Counted from the stretch's first letter, positions 40,505 through 53,141 are shown. The stretch is 64,000 nucleotides of DNA from Octopus sinensis (GCF_006345805.1 NC_043004.1:54188001-54252000); one strand, 5' to 3'. Program-made: numbers and translations. Notes: generated by a model not told the origin, from the letters alone.

Positions 40505-41513
40505 ACACGAGGTGCATTCCAGAAGTTTTGAGACTTTTTAGAAGCAATTACAACAGTCCCAGGTTATATTAATTTTTGTGTATCATTGCTATTCAACTAA
40601 TATTCTCACCCCCAAACATTTGACATTCCAGGTTAAAGCAGACGGCCGTCACAGTACGTTCATTACACACTACTAAACATTGCTTGTAACGCCTGACCAG
40701 TTTGCAGAATACAGCCCGGACGTGAAGGCAACATGGAAGCTTGCTATGCAGTAGAGGTTTGTGCTAAACTAGACAAAAACGCTATAGAAAAGTGTGAAAT
40801 GAGCTAGACTGCGTATAGATTAACTAATGAACACAGCATCTGTTTTTTTTATTAGCACAAAAACCAGGCAAAGCAAGTCCACTAAGAAGCTCATAATAAA
40901 CCCCATTTTTTCACAGTTAGGGTATCATCCACAGCCAAGAACACGACGCACCGCACGGTGCAGGAATCAAACCCGCGATCTAGCGATCATGAGCGCAACA
41001 CCCAACCCACTAGGCCACACGCTTTCACGATGATAATCAATATGTACACATACACACACACACACACATACATATCATCCACAGCCAGAGAATGGCCTCT
41101 AATCAAACGGTCAGCAAATAGTTCTTTGTGGAAGTTTTTGGGGAGTTCAAGGGGAGATTTCGTCGCAAAACACCAAAGCACTTCCGCCGGGACAATGCAT
41201 CAGTCCACAGTTACAGCCTAGTAACCAACTATTCTGACAGAGATGGCTACAAAAACTGTCCCTGACTCTCTTTTACACTTTTACTTGTTTCAGTCATTTG
41301 ACTGTGGCCATGCTGGAGCACCGCCTTTAGTCGAGCAAATAAACCCCAGAACGTATTCTTTGTAAGACTAGTACTTATTCTATCAGTGTCTTTTGCCAAA
41401 CAACTAAGTTACGGGGACGTAAACACACCAGCATCGGTTGTCAAGCGATGTTGGGGGAACGAATACAGACACACAAACGTATACACACATACATACAAAC
41501 ATACATACATACA

Positions 41514-41549
<36 letters not shown>

Positions 41550-41973
41550 TATTCGACGGGTTTCTTTCAGTTTCCGTCTACTAAATCCACTCACAAGGCT
41601 TTGGTCGGCCCGGGGCTATATTAGAAGACAATTGCCCAAGGTGCCACGCAGTGGGACTGAACCCAGAACCATGTGGCTCGTAAGCAACCTACTTACCACA
41701 CAGCCACTCCTACGCCTCCCTACAACTCATATCTTTCTCTCTGGAGTTTTTAACTATTCGCCAAGCTAAAGGATAAGTTTAAGGAGCCAGTGATAAGGGT
41801 TCTGGACACTATCATTTTGGAAGCGTCACACGGGACCTTCGAGAATTGGCGACAGCTCTACGACAAAGGCATTAAAATTAGAGGGTTTTGAAAGAGTCTA
41901 GCGTTTTGTACTACTTTGAAATTAATAAATTTCACTCCTGAAAAAGTCTTAAAACTTCTGAAATGCACCGTAT
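40505..41973 (+). mobile_element. Degenerate mariner (Tc1/mariner) DNA transposon, interrupted by two insertions
   Basis: TIRs 40511-40539 and 41941-41969 are 27/29 identical. Decayed transposase blocks: N-terminal helix region, GIIH, FRRK, H-DNA(S)VH. The PHPPYSPDL-equivalent region is split by the SINE at 41272-41716. Confidence 0.8.
41272..41716 (-). mobile_element. SINE family AB inserted in mariner
   Basis: Complete head, microsatellite and tail. Confidence 0.9.
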
Positions 41974-41984
41974 ACATATATTCT

Positions 41985-42400
41985 TTTATTCTTTTACGTG
42001 TTTCAGCCATTTGACTGCCGCCATGCTGGAGCACAAGCATTTAGTCGAAGAAATCGACGCCATGACCTATTCTTTGTAAGCCTATTACTTATTCTATCGG
42101 CGCCTTTTGCCGAACCGTTAATTTACGGGGACGTAAACACACCAGCATTGGTTGTCAAGCGATGGTGGGGAGGGCAAACAAAATACACAAACATGCACAC
42201 ACACAAACACCCACACGCACATATACATATAATATATACGATGGGCTTCTTTCGGTTTCCGTCTACCAAATCTACTCACAAGGCTTTGGTCGGCTCGAGG
42301 CTATAGTAGAAGATACCTGCCCATGGTGGCACGCAGTGGGACTGAACCCAGAACCATGAGGTTGTTAAGCAGCCTACTTAACACTCAGCCACTCTTGCGT
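41985..42400 (-). mobile_element. SINE family AB
   Basis: Colinear with 41272-41716. Confidence 0.88.
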
Positions 42401-43114
42401 CTCTATATATAAATATATAACTTCTGTCGTCACTACATGTGGCTGAGGGTGCCGAAGCGCCTATATTGCTGGGGTTGAGTTAAAGCCTCTAAAGGCTGTT
42501 AGAGGGCAATACATATACACTGACAGAGAAGATAGCCACTCCACGACCGTGTCTAGAATCAGTAGACTAGACTACTTTTGCTTATTTCATAAGCAATGTC
42601 AGTTGTGACTACTCGAATTGTCGATGGTTTGGTTAAATCCATCTGCCGGTATTGTACATTTTTTATCACAAATTCATGGGTGATTTAGCGAAATCCTAAT
42701 TAGTCTATTAAAAATTAATATTAACAGCAAGAACAATATAATACCATAAAGAAAAAAATATTATCGCCGCTATCGTGTGTGTGTTTGAGCGTTTGCGTGC
42801 GTGTGCAAGCTCGCGCGAATTTATGAGTATGCGTCGCACGCTCACGCGATCTTTCCTCGTCTGGCCGTAATTCTTGGATTATCTTCCACCATTGAATTAC
42901 GACAAACGAACCCGATTATCTTAATAAGTACGTCGATTCTTCACCCCTAATTGTGAATCTTCTTTATTCGTCCCTAACTGTTACACCTTCCTTCTCTTTC
43001 CCCTGCACAGTTTCTTCCCTGGTTTCTATCTCCCATACTCCTCTCTTCCCATCTCTCTCTCTCTCTTCCACTCTCCCTCCTTCTCTCCCCTTCTATCTTC
43101 TCTTCTTACTCTTT

Positions 43115-43520
43115 TACTCTTTTACTTGTTTCAGTCATTTGACTGCGGCCATGCTGGAGTACCGCCTTTAGTCGAGCAAATCGACCCCGGGACTTATTCT
43201 TTTTGTAAGCCCAGTACTTATTCTATCGATCTCTTTTGCCGAACCGCTAAGTGACGGGGACGTAAACACACCAGAATCGGTTGTCAAGCAATGCTAGGGG
43301 GACAAACACAAACACACAAACACACACACACACACACATATATATATACATATATACGACAGGCTTCTTTCAATTTCCGTCTACCAAATCCACTCACAAG
43401 GCATTGGTCGGCCTAGTGCTATAGCAGAAGACACTTGCCCAAGATACCACGCAGTGGGACTGAACCCGGAACCATGTGGTTGGTTAGCAAGCTACTTACC
43501 ACAGAGCCACTCCTGCGCCT
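43115..43520 (-). mobile_element. SINE family AB
   Basis: Near-identical to 9983-10372. Confidence 0.9.
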
Positions 43521-43862
43521 ATCTATTTTCCCCTCTTCCTTGGATGTTCTTCTATATATTCGACTCAGATCTATGTCCTCAAACATTATATATTTTTTAG
43601 TTTATAATTTTTAACTTCATTTTTTTGTCGCTTATTTCAGCGTCAAGTTAATAGTATTACCTGTGAATGCTGCTTGCAAGTCTGTTGACTCTGTTATATA
43701 TGTTTGTTTGTATTTATAATTGATTTAATATAAATAGATAGATAGAGAGAGAAAGAACTAGCTATCTATACATACATTCATACATTATTATGGCCGGCCC
43801 CTTGTTATCGAGTATGGCCATTGCACGAAGCTTAACTGTTACTGGTGCTGTGATCGAATGTG

Positions 43863-43893
<31 letters not shown>

Positions 43894-44033
43894 TACATAC
43901 ATACATACATACATACATACATACATACATACATACATGCATGCATACATACATACATACATACATACGTACACACACACACACATACATACATACATAC
44001 ATACATACATACATACTTACATACATATATACA

Positions 44034-44370
44034 TGGTGGCTGCCCCCTCGTTATCGAGTATGGCCATTGCACGAAGCGTAATCAATGTTGTTATTGTGAG
44101 GAAAGGCTGTACATTGAGTCAATCCCACTCACTAAGCAACAGCAGTCATAATCCGAAAAGAAGAACAAGTCAACATCATCGGTAACCACTGAGCCGCAGG
44201 TTTTATGTCGGAGTTATCCCAGTTACCTGAGTTACCTTCTTCTAGAAGGATGCCCTAACAAAGGCTAGGAGTCCTTCACTCCCAATGGTTTAACCGCGCG
44301 ATCGGGTATTCAGTCCGATTATTTCTATGTCCCCGCGCATGATACATCCTTAAGACATTTGTTGGATGGC
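44034..44370 (-). mobile_element. Short RTE-like non-autonomous element flanked by (TACA)n; second 3'-end copy at 43789-43831
   Basis: 28/28 identical block at 43804-43831 and 44050-44077, each followed on the minus strand by (TGTA)n. The structured 5' part resembles RTE 5'UTRs as recalled. Confidence 0.4.
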
Positions 44371-44600
44371 TGTTACATACATACATACATACACACACAC
44401 ACATACATACATACATACATACACATAAATCGACAACGAACGGCGATTTCAAAGTTAAATGGACATACACAGTGAACATATTAGTACGTAAGTATATGTA
44501 GTTGTATGTAGCTTATTTATAAAAGGATCAGTATACTATACTTTTGTAGCATGTATTAATATTGGTTTCGAATGTTGGCACAAGGCCAGGAATTTCGGGG

Positions 44601-44639
<39 letters not shown>

Positions 44640-44651
44640 TGTGTGTGTGTG

Positions 44652-44688
<37 letters not shown>

Positions 44689-44699
44689 TGATCTTATAG

Positions 44700-44847
44700 G
44701 CATAGGAGTGGGTGTGTGGTAAATAGCTTGCTTACCAACCACATGGCTTCGGGTGGTACCTTGGGCAAGTGTCTTCTACTATAGCCTCAGGCCGACCAAA
44801 GCCGTGCGAGTGGATTCGGTAGACGGAAACGCAAAGAAGCCCGTCGT
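44700..44847 (+). mobile_element. SINE family AB head/core (internally deleted)
   Basis: GGAGTGGGTGTGTGGTAAATAGC...GGTAGACGGAAAC..GAAGCCCGTCG. Confidence 0.85.
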
Positions 44848-44848
44848 G

Positions 44849-44907
<59 letters not shown>

Positions 44908-45794
44908 CACATACACCACTGCTGTAAATGTGGTTCTTAAAATTGACTCGATAGATGTGCCTCTAAGGTTCAGGTTATACTTGTATGTGCACATGTATGA
45001 ATATGGTTTTGGAGGCCTTTTTGTTTGTTATATTTTACTTGGACAAAGTTGTTTTTTCAGTGACGGTTAAAGGAAGAAAGGCATAGTTTACCTCGGTTAG
45101 GTGTGAACCCAAACAACAGTGATTCAAAAGAAATACTAGGAACCATTCTGTGAAACATTCTAACGATTATGCCACCTCAACTTGTTCAGTTGCACCTAAT
45201 ATCGTAATACAAATAGTATATTATAACACTCTTGTTCAATAATCAATTGACGAAACCTTCTAAATTTGTTCCATTTAGATTTTCAAAGAAAACCTACAGA
45301 CAAATCATAGCTTGAAGATGGCTACCATCTTTGCTGCTGGTTATCACAAAGTCACGTGATTTTAATAGGTTTTGAATTCAATGAGCTTTAAAGGATTACT
45401 AATCATTTGATAATCTTTTTATTCAATCTTTCTTTTCTAATGTTGCCTAAATGTCTTGGTCGACATTTAAGTAACATTGATTTAAGATCGCATCCAGTAT
45501 TATAACGTGCTGCACTCTTTAAAGTTTTAATTCTTGTTTCTGGAAATTTCTAACTCTTATATTATTCTATAAGGTTTGGGTCATTATATATGAAGACTGC
45601 CACATGTTCTCATTATTCTCCTTTTTAGATAAAATACAAGCTAAAACGTCAGAAGATATTTCTGCTGGAAAGGCGGTGTAAAGTCAGACTCACATTTATT
45701 TAACTGTTAAAAAATGATGGATTTAAGCGTCATATCTCCATTTGCTTCAAACATTTCGTTATTTAACCTAGCAGGATGTCGTGTTTTATTTGAG

Positions 45795-46150
45795 GTTAGA
45801 CCGAGTATAGTGACCCCCTTCAGTCAGACACTGACCATGGTTTTGCACCTAGCGAGTTACCCTCTGAGGCACAAGTCTGGGCAAGGTTGTTTTTTTTATG
45901 GAAGACCAGCAGTCGCCCATGCATACCGGCCTCCCCTCTCCACGTCACCGATGTTATCCAAGGGAAAGGCAAGGGCCGATACAGCTTGGCACCTGTGACG
46001 TCGCAACTCATTTCTACAGCTGAGTGAACTGGAGCAATGTGAAATAAAGTGTCTTGTTCAAGAACACAACACCCAGCCCGGTCCGGGATTCGAGCTCACA
46101 ACCTCACGATCGTGAGCTCGACGCTCTAACCACTGAGCCACGCGCCTTCA
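45795..46150 (-). mobile_element. tRNA-derived SINE (family E)
   Basis: Minus strand TGGCTCAGTGGTTAGAGC (A box) and GCTCGAATCCC (B box). Confidence 0.8.
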
Positions 46151-46285
46151 CCGAGGACTGATGAAATTTAATGAAAACATCTGCAGGCTGAAGACTTGAT
46201 ACGCATCTTGAATTATTTCAGCTAAGTTTTACATCTAGAAAAACAGTGGGATTTTGCAGCAATGTATATCATATCGTGGACGCGC

Positions 46286-46408
46286 AATAGCCCCGTGGTT
46301 AGGGTAGCGGACTCAAGGTCGTGGGATCGCGCGGTTTCGATTTCCAGATTGGACGTTGTCAGTGTTTATTGAGCAAAAATACCTAAAGCTCCATGAGGCT
46401 CCGGCATG
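46286..46408 (+). mobile_element. SINE family C head fragment
   Basis: Matches 61607-61730. Confidence 0.8.
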
Positions 46409-46473
46409 TCAATGTAAGTACACAAACACAGACACACACACACACACAAACATACACATGCATATATACATGA

Positions 46474-46523
<50 letters not shown>

Positions 46524-46781
46524 ATAGAGAGATAGCTAGATAGATAGATAGATAGATAGATAGATACATACATACATACATACATACATACATACATACA
46601 TACATACATACATAGATACATAGATAGATAAGTAGGCTCCACATTTATAGAAAACAAAAGACGAGGATAAGTAGAAGAACAGCAAGCAGGTGTATTAGCT
46701 TAACGCTCGCGAAGAATTCAAATGTACCTTATTTACATTATTTACATTTGACAGATATTTATCCTCACCTTGTTTATTGTC

Positions 46782-46827
46782 AACACAACGTTTCGGCTGA
46801 TATACCCTCCAACCATCATCAGGTGTC
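46782..46827 (-). ncRNA. Minimal type I hammerhead ribozyme motif
   Basis: GACAC-CUGAUGA-U-GGUU-[12 nt]-AGCC-GAAACGUU-GUGUU; intact core. Confidence 0.7.
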
Positions 46828-46896
46828 TTGGAGAAATTTCGAACCTAGGTTCTCATTCCCAAGGTATTTTTCGATGTTGTTATTACTATTATTAGT

Positions 46897-46951
<55 letters not shown>

Positions 46952-47134
46952 TATTCAGGTCAATACCTGGAATCGAACTTGGAATTTTCGGGTTAGTAGC
47001 CCGCGCTTTAACCACTACGCAATATACCCGTGGGGTTAAGAGTGCGGGCTACTAACCCCAAGATTCGCAGTTCGACTCCAGGCAGTGAGCTGAACAACAA
47101 CAACAACAGCAACAACAACAACAACAACAACAAC

Positions 47135-47218
<84 letters not shown>

Positions 47219-47263
47219 GAAAAATACCTTAGGAATGAGAACCCAGGTTCGAAATTTCCCCAA

Positions 47264-47309
47264 GACACCTGATGAAGGCTAGAGGGTATATCAGCCGAAA
47301 CATTGTGTT
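47264..47309 (+). ncRNA. Minimal type I hammerhead ribozyme motif (G16.2A)
   Basis: GACAC-CUGAUGA-A-GGCU-[12 nt]-AGCC-GAAACAUU-GUGUU. Confidence 0.62.
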
Positions 47310-47399
47310 AACAACAAACAAGATGAGGACAAATATCCGTGAATTGTAAATAATGTACATAATTCCTCATCTCTGAAATATAGAACTGAACTGAAAAGT

Positions 47400-47435
47400 C
47401 TTTGACGTTTCGAGCCTACGCTCTTCGACACAAAG
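47400..47435 (-). ncRNA. Degenerate hammerhead-like motif, same family as 13662-13697
   Basis: CUUU-GUGUCGA-A-GAGC-GUAG-GCUC-GAAACGUC-AAAG. Confidence 0.4.
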
Positions 47436-48441
47436 AATTTAAAAAAAAAAACGAAAACAGAGAAAAAAACGGAGACGGAAAAATATATGTAGGAATTAAC
47501 GGACGGTTCAACATGATGATTACAATGTACACACACACACACATTTATATATATATATACATCGCTCTAAATGACAATCCAATGGCCAGAGCTATTTTCC
47601 TTCTATAAGTGTTTTAACCTATTTACCATGTATAAATATACTTACATATTAGCTTCCTTGGCGATATACACGACTATCAAACAATACTACACACAAACAC
47701 ACACACACAAACACACACACACACACACACACACACGTACGCACGCACATATACACTTACATACCCGCGCGCAGCATAAGCACACACGCATACACACGCA
47801 TACACACGCATACACACGCATACACATGCACACACACCTAAACATAAATATGTTGCAGGATCTCATTTTTGGTATAATCTGGACGTCAGTTCGTCGGCTC
47901 ATTGATGTGAGCAATAATGAACGAAATGAATGAAATTGCTTCGTTCTCCAATCAATAGCTAATGCATGGGAAGTATTTCCATGTCCCTATATCGTCCTAC
48001 GGGTTGCACTTGTTTACCTGAGCTCATTTTTCCCATGCACAGGCACATATATACGCACGTACATACACACGTTGCACAGGCACACAACACATACACAAAC
48101 TCATATACCCATATTAAATTCATATATAGATATGTGTGTGTGTGTGTATACATATATATACACATGCATATGTATATAGGCACATACTTGCACTTTATTG
48201 TTTTCCAAGTAATTATGTGTGAATCTTTGGATCTAAATAGCGCCGTAAGTTAGAATATTCCCAGTAGAGCTCTTGGAAAAAGCAGAATGAAATAAATTCT
48301 GACACACCCACTTACACACGTGCACACATACATACACATGCATTCATAATACATACATGCATACATACGTAGATACACGCTTACACACATACACACACAC
48401 ACACACATATATATATAATGATATATATATACACACGATAT

Positions 48442-48475
<34 letters not shown>

Positions 48476-48491
48476 ATACATATACATATAC

Positions 48492-48529
<38 letters not shown>

Positions 48530-48553
48530 ATATATATATATATCTATATATAG

Positions 48554-48585
<32 letters not shown>

Positions 48586-49361
48586 TATAATATATATGCC
48601 GTAGACTCTTTTGCGTTTAATTCTTAATATTTGGAAACAATCTTCTAAAAGATAGCAATTTCAATACTGTAAATTAACAATACACAATATGAAAAACAAA
48701 AAGAAAAATTATTTGTGTCGCTCTTAATTTTCTAAATATAGAAAGCTCATTAAATAAGTAGGTATGAATACAATAATTACACAGCGTATGTGTTTATGAC
48801 GTTGTTTTGTCGTTGATTTAATTTCTTAACTACAGAGACTAGCAGTGAAAACTTGGCCGGAAGCAAATCGAGAAATATGGAGCATTGAGTGATGATTATT
48901 TTTTCAGTTTTCATTATTTTCCCCTATTTGCGTGGGCTTGGCTTATGTTTCGATTTATGGTTGATTTGGAAGTGGCGTTTATAATTAACGTGGTATCGAT
49001 GTGAAATGTGATGCGGGAGGTGTAGATGGTGATTGCGTGAGGACGCTTTATCATGATTGTTATGTAGTTATGGTGGTGATTGTTCTTATACTTATAATAG
49101 CGTTTAGCGGTGACTCAGATACTTGCTTTGTTTGTGTTGTTGATATCGTTGGCGTTAGTCATCATCGCGGTTGTAAGTTTATTTCTTTTCATTTTTTTTT
49201 TCGTTAAAGCTGGTTATGGTGCTCGATATGGTGTTCATGTTGGACGTGTTGTTGGTCTTGGTTCTCATGATAATGCTCTCAGTGTAGTGTTGCTTGTGGT
49301 CGTTATTATTATACACACGCACACATTCTTTGTTTTGTCGTTTCTTGTCCATAATGTATTT

Positions 49362-49404
49362 TCTTTAATAATAATAACAATAACAATAACAACAACAACA
49401 ACAA

Positions 49405-49472
<68 letters not shown>

Positions 49473-49513
49473 TAATTATAATGATAATAATAATGATGAT
49501 GATGATGATGATA

Positions 49514-49548
<35 letters not shown>

Positions 49549-49550
49549 AG
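49362..49550. repeat. (AAT/GAT)n microsatellite
   Basis: Direct reading. Confidence 0.95.
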
Positions 49551-50059
49551 CGGCTGGATGTGATAGAAGCTGGACGTGTTTTTCGCTGCTCTGACCAACC
49601 CAGCGTGACAACGGAAAAACTGGAAGATTTACTGTTTTCTGTGAGTAATTTGAATTTCCCTCAAAATAAGTTAAGGAACTTACATATCTACAGCTTTGCA
49701 CATACAAGCGAACACCTAACAAATAATTTAGAATCATAAATATCTCCAATTTTGTGTGAACAGTCTGCCGTCCCTTCTTTGCCTTTTATTGTAACAACAC
49801 AGTTAAATGCACGATAAAAAAAACTATGGAAGTAAGCGCCTGCCAATATATATATACACTGCACAAGTACAAAAACTGTAAACCACAGCATAACTTTTAA
49901 AAAGAAAAGAAAAATTTCTGAGCATTCGAAAATATAAACATTCTTCCCTTTGCAAAAATCTTATTGTATTTTCCAAATGGACATCTCAAGAATACTTAAA
50001 AATTTTAATATATTACCCAAACACGTAAACACGTAAACTTTTATTGCAACAACACATGG

Positions 50060-50785
50060 TAGTTCGAAAAATGAGAAGAAATACGACAAAAAAATTATCA
50101 TCATCACATCATCACCGTCATCATCATCAATGACATTGTTTTATGTGTAGTCACAGGGGTAGCTTATATTATTATTATTATTCTTTTCACTATCACCATC
50201 GTCACGGTAAAGTGGTCATGTTCTATAGGTCTATAATAGATTCAGCAATGGTGGACAAAGGACATTTTGGTCAGGAAAAGGTCAAACCTGTTACTAGTAC
50301 CAGCGTTATATGAAAAGCAATCCAGCTATTAATAATATACCATACACATATGTATATGTATATTCACACACGCATATTTTCTGATATTCACGCCGATGAT
50401 TTTTTAAATTTCTGAGTTCAATGAACTCAGAAATTTAAAAAATCATCGGCGTGAATATCAGAAAATATGCGTGTGTGAATAACATATACATATGTGTATG
50501 GGTATATATATATATAGCTGGATGCTTTTCAAATAACGCTGGTACTGTAAACAGGTTTGACCTTTCCCTGACCAAAATGTCCTTTGTCCCCTTGCTGAAT
50601 CTATTATAGACCTATAGAACATGACCACTTACCGTGACGATGGTGATAGTGAAAAGAATAATATAATAATAATAATAAGCTACCCCTGTGACTACACATA
50701 AAACAATGTCATTGATGATGATGACGGTGATGATAGTGATGATGATAATTTTTTTTGTCGTATTTTATTCTCATTTTTCGAACTA
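50060..50785. repeat. ~725-bp palindrome with a 1-nt centre at ~50421 (possible read fold-back artefact)
   Basis: ...CTGAGTTCA-A-TGAACTCAG... at the centre; the arms differ mainly by small indels. Confidence 0.85.
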
Positions 50786-50789
50786 ATAC

Positions 50790-52655
50790 AGGCAGAGTGA
50801 CCCTTTCATAAGTTTAAAAAAAAAGGGAAAACTATGACCGGAGATAAAACTATCAACAAAAAAATACAGACGAATACAGATCTGTTAGCCTTAAGAAGCT
50901 GCGCTACGAACAATGTTTACGTGCAGAGAATCCTAAACTGACAGATCCATCTCCTAATGTAAGTATGGAAGCTCGTCATGCTTCAATGTCAACAAAGCAA
51001 CCTACAATCCGCGATGGTCGGCGAGCGGACTACAAAAGACCAAGTACCCGAAAATTGAACCAAAGTCTGATTGAAAAATCAGCTACTGGATCAAATCTTC
51101 CCGACACACAGGAGCTGGACGTACCTCGCAACTGGAATATTCCAACGGATGGCCATCCATGCTCGTCACCAAACACTCAAAATAAAAAGAAGGAAAAATG
51201 GACTAGGAAAGATAATAATGAAGTTCTTGCGGCCTTCTACCATGCCATATATTTCCCCACAGATAAATCTAGCACTGTACAAGCATTCTTAAACTGGAGA
51301 CAGAAACACCCTGAAGTAGACCCTACATAGACAGTAACAAACTTGCCAACGTCAAAAAGAACATTATAAAAAAGAAATTACTGACTGAAGTAGAGATTGA
51401 TAAGGTTAGACAAGCAATATCGGATAAAATGAACGAAGCTGCAGCTAGAGAAGATAATACAGAGGAAATAATTATAGACCAGCCCAGGGCTGATAAAAAC
51501 GAAGTGAGGATTGAAAGAGTTAGTATAAGTGATAGGCAAAGTGAAATACTCCCTGAACCAAATATAACCACTAAGACAGATGAGCATCAAATAGATGAAG
51601 AAAGTCACACAAATATTGACCCGACAGAACTACATGAGCTAAAAAGTCAAATCATGATTGAATGGCTGAAAATTAAAGAAACCAGCATGGATGAAGCGTG
51701 ATACACTCCCTAAATCCGCAACTCTAACCAAAACATGAAAATAATTGGTAAAACCCGATTGCACTTAAGGATATAATTTCAGCTAATGATGTTGATATCA
51801 CAGATCTCAACCACCTATACTATGCATCCGCGAAAATCTCAACGATCCTATGTGGTGAAAAGATTAGAAAACGGCAACATTTCCACAAAAAGCCTTCTTG
51901 GCAAGAGCGTTTGCAACAACAAATTAAACTATTTAGATCTGACATTGAATATTTGAAAAACATTACGGTTCATAAGACTACCAAACCTACAAAAACACAA
52001 AAACTAAAGAAAAAATATATGAAAACTATACTTGATATTGATGCCACCATAGAAACCATCAAGCAAAAGGTATCTGCTAAAGCTGCCCGCATAGCGAGAT
52101 ATGAAAAGCGTGTTAGATTCTTCAGGGACAACAACATGTTCAAAAATAACCCCAAAAATTTTTACAGGAAGATAGGAAAAACACCAGTTACTGTAAAGTC
52201 TGTACCATCAAAAGAAGAAGTGCAGGGATTTTGGAATAAAATTTGGGCAGAAGAAAAAACACAGCGAAAATGCCCCCGGGATTGATAGAATATCTAAAGA
52301 ACTGGACTCCTTACAAGAGCAAAAGTGGGAGGGTATCAAGGTAGAAGATATAAGATCTGCTCTCAGGAGGTCACGCAAATGGAAGTCTCCAGGAAAGGAT
52401 AACATCCCTAACTTTTGGTTGAATGCCTTCCCAGAGAGCCATGAACTGCCACCAGAACTTTACAATGATGTTTTGCAAACCCTAGTAGGATGCCTCCTTG
52501 GCTAGTTAATGGGTTAACATTCCTGCTTCCAAAAAGTGAAGAAACAAATGAACCAAAAAACTATAGACCCATAACCTGCTTAACAACTATGTATAAAACA
52601 CTAACATCTGTCCTGACGGAACATACCTATAGTTTTTTGACAGACAGCAAAATGC
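50790..52655 (+). pseudogene. R4/Dong-like RLE LINE, 5' part (N-terminal domain to start of RT), frameshifted
   Basis: KEKWTRKDNNEVLAAFYH; IARYEKRVRFFRDNNMF; KSPGKDNIPNFWL; LLPKSEETNEPKNYRPITCLTTMYKTLT. Confidence 0.8.
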
Positions 52656-52979
52656 TAATTAAATCTAACAAGCTCCTTCACTTGATGTCTGCAAAAGGTA
52701 CATAGGAGTACTTATTTTGCTATTCCATATTCTAAACCGTCACTATACATGCTAGTACCAGCACCTTCTATCACTTCTTTGTTCAACCATTACACCAAAA
52801 GACTCACCAGTAAAGCTTATCCTTGGTAAACAGAGAAGCGATAGAAAACACCCAGATGATTCAATTCTATGTCGATGTGCCAAAGCTGGCTTAATGGAAC
52901 ATAACACTGTAGTAAGGAACGTATGTATCTTCTATGATACTCGTGCAACCACGCACATATATAAAACGCAAACACATCG

Positions 52980-52987
52980 GCATATAT

Positions 52988-53033
<46 letters not shown>

Positions 53034-53102
53034 GATATATATATATATATATATATACTGTACATATACATGTATATCTATGTATGTTATATATACATTA
53101 TG

Positions 53103-53141
<39 letters not shown>

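Larger units (their letters stand above)
46731..47362. mobile_element. Palindromic element: two head-to-head units of tRNA-like head + (AAT/AAC)n + hammerhead-containing tail
   Basis: tRNA-Arg-like heads at 46954-47020 (-) and 47029-47094 (+); hammerheads at 46782-46827 (-) and 47264-47309 (+). Confidence 0.8.

Noticed and set aside
46150-46185. CTGATGA...GAAA at ~46159-46180
   Set aside because: No pairable stem I, II or III; chance match.
46954-47094. Genuine tRNA genes (also 12421-12493 and SINE heads)
   Set aside because: A/B boxes are present, but acceptor stems and cloverleafs are incomplete and each continues into a repeat body; treated as SINE heads.
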